This document shows, piece by piece, positions 56,291 through 64,000 of a stretch of DNA of 64,000 bases. The position numbers and the translations under genes were made by a program. Within the stretch, counting starts at the first letter, position 1. Each line of letters opens with the position of its first letter. The stretch is taken from positions 53,785 to 117,784 of the forward strand of contig CAVYSY010000047.1 of NCBI GenBank assembly GCA_963771175.1, in the 5' to 3' direction. Origin of the DNA: an uncultured delta proteobacterium (lineage in GTDB: Bacteria; Myxococcota; Myxococcia; Myxococcales; Myxococcaceae). The notes beneath the pieces were generated by a model that made no database searches, was not told the origin of the DNA, and saw only the letters and a program-made list of their open reading frames with translations.

Positions 56291-56484
56291 TGCCCCTACT
56301 CCTTACCACCTTCCCATCTAGAAGGAAGTTAAGGCGGGTCCTGACGCCTCGCCCGCCATTTCACCGACATGAGGGCCATGGGCTGTCGGCTGCCAGACGA
56401 GGAATCAGGACCCGAGGACCGGGAATGAGCCTTCCCCGTCCACAGAGAAGGAGCAAGGTGGACACGGGTGTGAGGACAGGGGCA
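56291..56484 (-). ncRNA. Candidate structured non-coding RNA or leader
   Basis: Nested inverted repeats with a core hairpin at 56335-56414; extra G-U pairs form on the minus strand. Confidence 0.35.
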
Positions 56485-56489
56485 CGGCA

Positions 56490-56527
56490 CCCTCACGCCG
56501 CCTCTCTCCCGGCCGCCGGGGGAGAGG
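56490..56527. repeat. REP-like palindrome downstream of rapZ
   Basis: CCCTCAC..CCTCTCTCCCGG/CCGGGGGAGAGG stem, similar to 51585-51610. Confidence 0.6.
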
Positions 56528-56540
56528 TCAGCCGGCGGGC

Positions 56541-57400
56541 CTACTCCTTCTCGACGTCGCGGTCCCAGAGCTGCACGCGCGGGTAGTCACCCGAGAGACG
56601 CTTGCGCAGCTCCGCGGCGATGGCCACCGAGCGGTGCTTGCCGCCGGTGCACCCCAGCGCCACCGTGAGGTACGTCTTGCCCTCCTTCTGGTAGCGCGGG
56701 AAGAGGAAGCGGCAGAGGTCCACCACCTTCTCCACGAACTGCTGCGTCTCTTCGCGGTCCAGCACGTACGCGGACACGCGCGGGTCCTTCCCCGTCAGCC
56801 CCTTGAGCTCCGGGACGAAGTAGGGGTTGGGCAGGAAGCGCACGTCGAACACCAGGTCCGCCTGCGGCGGCACCCCGTGCCGGAAGCCGAAGGACATGAC
56901 GGACAGCGACGGCCCGCTGGCCGGCTCCGGGTTGAAGCGCGCCTGCACCATGCGCTTCAGGTCGTGCACGTTGAGCACCGACGAGTCGATGACCTGGTCG
57001 GCCAGCTCGCGCAGGTCCTTGAGCGCCTCGCGCTCGGCGAGGATGCCCTCGGACACGCTGCCCGTGGGCGCCAGCGGGTGGCGGCGGCGCGTCTCGCTGA
57101 AGCGGCGGATGAGGCTGTCGTCGCTCGCGTCCAGGAAGAGCACCTCGAGGTGGTGCCCCGCCCGGCGCACCTCGTCCAGCACCCGAGGCGCCTCGTGCAG
57201 GAAGATGCCCTCGCGCGCGTCCACCACCAGCGCCAGGTGCGAGAACTGCCCGCCACCGGCCAGCTCGGTCAGCTTGGGCAGCAGCAGCACCGGCAGGTTG
57301 TCGATGCAGAAGAAACCGACATCCTCCAGCGCCCGGATGGCAGTGGACTTGCCCGAGCCGGACATACCCGTGATGACGACGATGTGCTTGGCCGGGGCGT

Positions 57401-57404
<4 letters not shown>
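56541..57404 (-). CDS. rapZ: RNase adapter RapZ (YvcJ/YhbJ)
   Basis: [49 protein letters not shown]. Confidence 0.95.
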
Positions 57405-58366
<962 letters not shown>

Positions 58367-58415
58367 CGGCAGGTGTGGAATATCACCCGCCGGACTTTTT
58401 GCGTGGTGAACCCTC

Positions 58416-59882
58416 ATGTCCGCCTCCACACCCCCCCCCGAAGCCCCGGCCGAGCGGCTTCTCGCCCGGCTCCTCCTCGTGCTGGCACTTGGGGTGGGAG
58501 CTACACTCCGGGTGTGGTCGGCCCTCACGGATGACGGCATCTACTGGCCGGACGAGGTCTTCCAGAGCCTCGAGCCCGCCCACCGGCTCGTCTTCGGCTA
58601 CGGGATGCAGGCCTGGGAGTTCCTCGAGGGAGCCCGTAACTGGGCCCTGCCCGGACTGGTGGCGGCCCTGTTCCAGCTGGCCCGGCTGCTGGGGCTGGAC
58701 GAGCCGCGAGGGTACCTGGGCCTGACGCGCGCCGCCTTCGGGCTGCTGGGCACCGCCACGGCCTGGGGCAGCTACCGGCTGGCGCGGGCCTACGGGGCCT
58801 CGGCACTGGCGGCCACCGCGGGGGCCTCCCTCTTCGCGCTCGCCGCGGTGCCGCTCTACTTCGCGCCCCGGGCCATGAGCGAGAACGCCTCCGCGCTGCC
58901 GGTGGTGCTGGGGCTGGCGCTCGCGCTCACGCCCGGGGCCTCGCGTCGCGCGGTGGTGGCCGGAGCCTCGCTGCTGGGGCTCGCCGTGCTGCTGCGCCTG
59001 CAGAATGGCGTCTTCTGCGTGGGCCTCCTGGGCCTGCTGGTGGCGCGGCGCGACTGGCGGGCCGCGCGCGAGGCGCTGGCCGTGCTCGCCGTGTGGGCCC
59101 TGCTCCTCGGGCTGCTCGACAGGCTCACCTGGGGCCGCTGGTTCCACTCGGCGCTCGTGTACCTGGACTTCAACCTCGTGCAGGGCAAGGCCGCCGGCTG
59201 GGGCACCGCGCCCTTCAGCTACTACGGCCGCGTCCTCCTGCGCTCCATGGGCACCGTCACCGGGGTGGCCCTGGGGCTCTCGCTGCTCGCCGCGCGGCGC
59301 GCCCCGGGCCTGCTCGGCGTGGCCTTCGCCTTCTTCGTCCTCCACGCGCTGCAGCCGCACAAGGAATTGCGCTTCCTCGTGCCCGTGCTGCCACTGTTCG
59401 CCGCGCTCGCCGGCGTGGGATTGGACACGGTGCTGCGCCACCTGCCGCCCTCGCCCGTCCGGCTCGCCCTGCCGCTGGCGGTGGTGGCCGTGGCGGGCCT
59501 GTCCGGCATGCGCGCGGGGCTGCTCACCTTCGGAGACCTGGGCCAGTACGAGGACGTGAAGCCCCGGGCGAGCGCCTGGGATGATTCGGGGTCCATCAAC
59601 CGCCTGCTCATCGCCGCCGGCCGCCGCGAGGACGTGTGCGGCTTGAAGGTGGAGGCGGTGCACCTGGCCTGGACGGGGGGCTACAGCTACTTCCACCGGG
59701 ACGTGCCGCTCTACGCCCACAACGGGCCGGGGCGCGAGTCCGGCCTCTACAGCCATGTCATCACCCCGTCCGGAGCCGCGGGCAGCGGCGAGGTGGTGGC
59801 CTCCGAGGGCCCGTTCGCCCTCGTTCGACTGCCGAACACCGGCTGTGTACCGGACCCGGCCTGGTCCTCGCGGCTCCCGTGA
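58416..59882 (+). CDS. GT-C fold mannosyltransferase, GT22 (PIG-B/Alg9-like)
   Basis: PDEVFQSLEPAH..FGYG..WEF..R and HKELRF motifs; about 10 TM segments. Confidence 0.75.
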   Translation: MSASTPPPEAPAERLLARLLLVLALGVGATLRVWSALTDDGIYWPDEVFQSLEPAHRLVFGYGMQAWEFLEGARNWALPGLVAALFQLARLLGLDEPRGYLGLTRAAFGLLGTATAWGSYRLARAYGASALAATAGASLFALAAVPLYFAPRAMSENASALPVVLGLALALTPGASRRAVVAGASLLGLAVLLRLQNGVFCVGLLGLLVARRDWRAAREALAVLAVWALLLGLLDRLTWGRWFHSALVYLDFNLVQGKAAGWGTAPFSYYGRVLLRSMGTVTGVALGLSLLAARRAPGLLGVAFAFFVLHALQPHKELRFLVPVLPLFAALAGVGLDTVLRHLPPSPVRLALPLAVVAVAGLSGMRAGLLTFGDLGQYEDVKPRASAWDDSGSINRLLIAAGRREDVCGLKVEAVHLAWTGGYSYFHRDVPLYAHNGPGRESGLYSHVITPSGAAGSGEVVASEGPFALVRLPNTGCVPDPAWSSRLP

Positions 59883-59944
59883 GCCAACGTTTGTCCCAGG
59901 AGGCCCTTTGCATACATGCAAGGCGCTGCTAATCCGGGCCTCCT

Positions 59945-60289
59945 ATGTCCGAGTGCATCTTCTGCAAGATTCGCGACGGCCGTGTCCCGGCCAAGGTCGT
60001 CCTGCGCGACGAGCTGTGCATGGCCATCGAGGACATCTATCCCCAGGCGCCCACGCACCTGCTCGTCATCCCCCTCCAGCACATCCCCACGGTGAACGAC
60101 CTCACCGTGGACGAGCGCGAGCTGGTGGGCCACCTCTACCTCACCGCCGCGAAGCTGGCCCGCCAGCGCGGCATCGCCGACAGCGGCTACCGGCTGGTGA
60201 TGAACACCCACCGTGAAGCCGGGCAGACGGTGTTCCACATCCACCTGCACGTGCTCGGTGGGCGCCCCATGGAGTGGCCACCGGGATAG
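59945..60289 (+). CDS. Histidine triad nucleotide-binding protein (HINT)
   Basis: CIFCKI, PQAPTH, GQTVFHIHLHVLGG. Confidence 0.95.
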   Translation: MSECIFCKIRDGRVPAKVVLRDELCMAIEDIYPQAPTHLLVIPLQHIPTVNDLTVDERELVGHLYLTAAKLARQRGIADSGYRLVMNTHREAGQTVFHIHLHVLGGRPMEWPPG

Positions 60290-60400
60290 CCGGAATCTCC
60301 GCGCCTGCCCGGCTGCGTTTCGGGGACCCGGAACGCCCCTGCACCCGGGGAGCAGGCGTGGTACACACGTGTCCATCTCTCTCCGGGGTCATCCGTCGCC

Positions 60401-61162
60401 ATGTTCAGCGCAGCGACGTCGCCGCGCAGCCGTCTCGCGTACTCCACGCTCGCCCTGTTGCTGGCCGGAGCGTCCGGGGTGGTCAACGCCACCAGCTTCT
60501 TCGCCTTCGGCCAGCACATCACCCACATGACGGGCCACATGTCCGTGTTGGGTGAGGCGCTCGCCAGCAGCCGGTGGGAGGGGGCCCTCATTGCCGGCAA
60601 GACGGTGTTCGCCTTCGTCGTGGGCGCCACCACCGCCGCGGCCCTGCTGGATGCCTCGCGCCACCGGCAACGCGGGCGCCACACCCCGGCGCTGCTCTTG
60701 GAAACGGTGATGCTCGGTGGCATCGCTCTCTGGGCCGCCGAGCACCCCGATGCCGACGAGCCCACGCTCATGTGGGGCCTGGCCTTCGCCATGGGCCTGC
60801 AGAACGCGCTCGTCACCCGCGTCTCCGGCGCCGTGGTGCGCACCACCCACCTCACCGGAGTGCTCACCGACATCGGCATCCAGCTCGTGCGCATGGCCGT
60901 CTGGGTGCGCGATGGAGCCCGCGAGCGGGGCGTGCTCGGGCTCTGGCACAAGGTGCAGGAGCTGCCCTCCGCCGAGCAGTTCGAGCGCACCCGGCTCCAC
61001 CTGGGGCTCGCCCTCGCCTTCCTCACCGGCAGCGTGCTCGGCTCGGCGCTCTTCCTGCGCTTCGGCGCGCCCGCCATGGGCATGCCGTGCGCGGTGCTGC
61101 TGCTGGTGATAGCGCTCGACGTCAGCCCCGCGGGCGCCCACGTGCACGCCACGGGTGTCTAG
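60401..61162 (+). CDS. YoaK/DUF1275-family membrane protein
   Basis: THMTG, FAMGLQNA, RTTHLTG..TD.G. Confidence 0.9.
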   Translation: MFSAATSPRSRLAYSTLALLLAGASGVVNATSFFAFGQHITHMTGHMSVLGEALASSRWEGALIAGKTVFAFVVGATTAAALLDASRHRQRGRHTPALLLETVMLGGIALWAAEHPDADEPTLMWGLAFAMGLQNALVTRVSGAVVRTTHLTGVLTDIGIQLVRMAVWVRDGARERGVLGLWHKVQELPSAEQFERTRLHLGLALAFLTGSVLGSALFLRFGAPAMGMPCAVLLLVIALDVSPAGAHVHATGV

Positions 61163-61171
61163 CGCGGAGTC

Positions 61172-62048
61172 TCAATAGTCCGGCTTGCAGGTCCAAGGCT
61201 CGGAGTCGGAATAGCGGTCGCACTTGTAGTGAGGAGCGCACATGCCCGGGACATCTGGCTTACACGACTGACGGCAATACCGCATGTGGCAGATGAACCC
61301 CTCGGCGCAGGAGGGCCCGTCCTCACCACATGGCTCGACACACCACATCCAGACATCTCCCGGACGTATTGAAGGAGCGTGAACGAAGCAGCGTTGCCCT
61401 CCGGGACAGGGAGTCCGCTGGCAATTCAGCCCGTGGATTTCCACGCACCTGGAGACGCCTCCATCGAACCGGACGCACTGCTGCGCCTCGGGACACGACC
61501 GGCCTTCGCACGAGGGAAGGCAGGAGGGACCATCGGGCCCCTCGCGGCAGAGAAAGCCCTCGGGACAGCTCGTGGGCTCGTCCATGCTGGCACGGGCGAC
61601 CACACCACGCCCTGACAGAGAGGTCCGCTCCGCATGCCCGACTCGCGCGAGGCGGGCATCTTCTTAGCACGTTTCGCCCTCCTCCCGCACACCGACGAGC
61701 GCACAAGCACGAATGGCAGGACACCTTCGTCCTCTGTCTCCATCGAGCGGCAGACGAAGCCTTCCGGGCAGTGCCGATCCGTCATGCATCTGCTGTCGGT
61801 GCAGTATCTCGCCATCGCTCGCGGATTGATGACGCACCCGAGCGGAGACTCGCAGTCCTCTGACTTCCGGCAATTGCGCTCGTAGGTCAGCAAGCTCCGG
61901 CGCTCCTCGTTCGAGAGCATGGGAGCGATCCTCGAACTCGAAGCTCGGCCGCAAGCACTCCGCGGTCCTTCGCCGTGTACAGCAGCCAGACCAACGGTAT
62001 CGGCAGGAGAAGGCCCAGCAGAACGGCCAGTCGCGTACGCCACTTCAT
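61172..62048 (-). CDS. Membrane-anchored Cys-rich protein (multiple frameshifts; errors or pseudogene)
   Basis: N-terminal TM MKWRTRLAVLLGLLLPIPLVW, then repeated C..D..CPEGF.C modules across frames. Confidence 0.6.
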
Positions 62049-62278
62049 GGGTACTCGAACTGGCAGACCGGTGGACACTCCAAGAATTCCCAATCATCTG
62101 GCTCAGCACAGAGCTCGCGCCACTTCTCCGAACCGATATGGCACTGCTGCTGCTTCAGACGCTCTTGGATGTCCTTTTCCAGGGCTCGGTCCATGGTGCC
62201 TCCTCGACCCCAGGCATGCGGACACCCCGTCCCAAGCACGAGAAGCAACATCACGAAGATCGCGAGGCGCCAGCCCAT
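62045..62278 (-). CDS. Small lipoprotein (77 aa)
   Basis: AGGAGG RBS; lipobox GTGC; stop overlaps the next ATG (ATGA). Confidence 0.7.
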   Translation of the reverse strand: MGWRLAIFVMLLLVLGTGCPHAWGRGGTMDRALEKDIQERLKQQQCHIGSEKWRELCAEPDDWEFLECPPVCQFEYP

Positions 62279-62335
62279 GCATCTCTCCCTCCTTTAGGAA
62301 CTCAACATCGACGGGTACTCCTCGCGCAAGGCGAT

Positions 62336-64000
62336 CTAACGCGGAAGCTCCGTCGCGGTGAAGGCCGGCTCGGCCCTCGGCGCCTCGCGCCGCGCGCTCT
62401 CCAGGAAGCGCTCGAGCGCCGTGCGCGTCACCACCCCCACCCGCCCCTGTCCCAGGATGGGCAGCGCGTCCACGGCCTGCGCGTCCATGAGCGCCAGCGC
62501 GTCCCCGAGCGGCGTGTCCGCGGACACCGGGCTCGCCAGGTCCGCCAGCGCGGCCACCGTGGACTCGCCTCCCGCGCGCCGCCAGCGCTCGCCCAGCGTG
62601 CTCGCCGTCACCACCCCCAGGAGCTGCCCGTCCGCCCCGAGCACCGGTAGCGCCGACACCGGCGCGGTGAGCAGCCGCTCGCGCAGCACCGAGGCCGGCA
62701 GCCCCGAGCCCACCGGCTCCACCCACACCACCAGCGCGCGCACCGGCGAGCGCCGCAGCGCGTGCACGTCCCCTCCCGCCCTGCGCTCCACCAGCGCGTG
62801 GCACAGCGCCGAGGCGATGGTGCACGTCACCATCAGCGGAAGGATGATGGCGTAGTTGCCGCTCAGCTCGTACACCATCATCAGCCCCGTGAGCGGCCCG
62901 CGCGTCAGCGCCGCCACCGCACCGCCCATGCCCACCATGGCGTAGGCACCACTGGGCGCGGTGATGCGAGGCATGGCCGCGTGCAGCAGCTCGCCGAAGG
63001 CGCCTCCCGCCAGCGCCCCCATCACCGTCATGGGGAAGAACGTCCCGCCCGAGCCCCCCGAGCCCAGGGTGAGCGCCGTGGCCACCAGCTTGAGGGCGAA
63101 GCCCGAGGCCAGCAGCGTCAGCGGCAGCGCCCGCACCGCCGCGTCGTTGATGTACTCGTGCCCCGTGCCCCACACCACCGGGTGCACCAGCGCCAGGCAC
63201 CCCACCAGCAGGCCTCCCAGCGCCGCTCGCAGCGGCAGCGGCTGCCGTCCCAGGAAGGCACTCAGCCGCCCCGGCTTCTTCCCGTGGAAGAAATCCTCGA
63301 CGTTGTGCATCGCCCGGATGAAGACGTACGCCAGCAGCCCCGTCACCAGCCCCAGCACCGCGTAGAAGACAATCTCCCAGCCGCTCACCATGGTGTAGTC
63401 CACGCGGCGGATCATCGAGGCGCTGCCCATGACGCCCCGGCCCACCATGGTGGCCGTGACGCTGGCGAGGAAGATGGGGGAGAAGACGCGGAGCTGGAGC
63501 TCGCGGAGGATGATCTCCATCGCGAAGATGGCGCCGGCGATGGGGGCGTTGAAGGAGGCGGCGATGCCCGCGCCCGCGCCGCTCGCCAGGAGGATGGCCA
63601 GATCGCGCCGGGTGAAGCCCAGCGTGCGCCCCACCGCCGAGCCGAACGCCGCACCGCCGAAGACGATGGGACCCTCGCGCCCGGCCGAGCCGCCGGTGCC
63701 GATGGTGATGGCGCTCGCCACCAGCTTCAACACCCCGTCCCGCGCGGGCAGCCGGCCCTCACGCTCCACGGCCTTCACCACCTCGGGCACGCCGTGGCCG
63801 TGCGTCTCGGGGCGGTTGCGCAGCACGTGGCCCACCAGCGCGCCGCCCAGCATGGGCAGCAGGGGAACCAGCCAGAAGGGCAGATGCTGGAGCGCGCGCC
63901 CCATCTCGTGCATGTGGCCCAGCACCGAGTTCACCGCCGCCAGCGCCACCAGCGGGTAGTAGAGCGACAGCCCGCCGAGCACCAGCAGGCCCAGCACCTC
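62336..64000 (-). CDS. ClC-family chloride channel/antiporter with CBS domains (5' partial)
   Basis: GHGVPE, GSAGREGP, FNAP.AG, GGSGGTFFP, GNY motifs; C-terminal CBS pair. Confidence 0.93.
   Translation of the reverse strand, partial: EVLGLLVLGGLSLYYPLVALAAVNSVLGHMHEMGRALQHLPFWLVPLLPMLGGALVGHVLRNRPETHGHGVPEVVKAVEREGRLPARDGVLKLVASAITIGTGGSAGREGPIVFGGAAFGSAVGRTLGFTRRDLAILLASGAGAGIAASFNAPIAGAIFAMEIILRELQLRVFSPIFLASVTATMVGRGVMGSASMIRRVDYTMVSGWEIVFYAVLGLVTGLLAYVFIRAMHNVEDFFHGKKPGRLSAFLGRQPLPLRAALGGLLVGCLALVHPVVWGTGHEYINDAAVRALPLTLLASGFALKLVATALTLGSGGSGGTFFPMTVMGALAGGAFGELLHAAMPRITAPSGAYAMVGMGGAVAALTRGPLTGLMMVYELSGNYAIILPLMVTCTIASALCHALVERRAGGDVHALRRSPVRALVVWVEPVGSGLPASVLRERLLTAPVSALPVLGADGQLLGVVTASTLGERWRRAGGESTVAALADLASPVSADTPLGDALALMDAQAVDALPILGQGRVGVVTRTALERFLESARREAPRAEPAFTATELPR

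Noticed and set aside
56291..56484. 6S RNA
   Set aside because: Size and rod shape fit, but I see no 6S consensus and the usual zapA/ygfA context is absent

Overview
High-GC window from a myxobacterium; gene content and protein motifs point to Cystobacterineae/Archangiaceae (inference). The backbone genes are ompA (partial), a BMP lipoprotein, ROK kinase, PMM/PGM, a Pkn1-like kinase, manC, a tandem-SGNH + MBOAT O-acylation pair, an RR/HK pair, Nudix, uppP, ychJ, HtrA, two DUF4139 proteins, sthA, ahcY, metK, MlaC-like + MMPL, a mannose-class PTS with ptsI/HPr/hprK/rapZ, a GT22-like mannosyltransferase, HIT, yoaK and a ClC channel (partial). An apparently accessory block at about 36.5-50.4 kb carries four modules: a sitB-like polymorphic toxin/immunity locus, a plant/fungal-type urease cluster without ureE, an FGGY kinase + sphingosine-1-phosphate-lyase-like pair, and a DUF47-PiT unit preceded by Pho-box-like repeats. 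The best candidate for something undescribed is the toxin locus. Its toxin is short and lacks the lipobox Cys of SitA toxins, and a ~235-bp direct repeat marks a displaced, deleted older toxin whose immunity gene was kept. Other candidates are a structured RNA downstream of rapZ, and a shared motif plus terminator in the metK/ahcY leaders. Many conserved genes (metK, ahcY, ptsI, manC, ureC) carry single-base indels, which are most likely uncorrected sequencing errors. No tRNA, rRNA or CRISPR array was seen. All family assignments come from motif recognition by eye, not from database searches.
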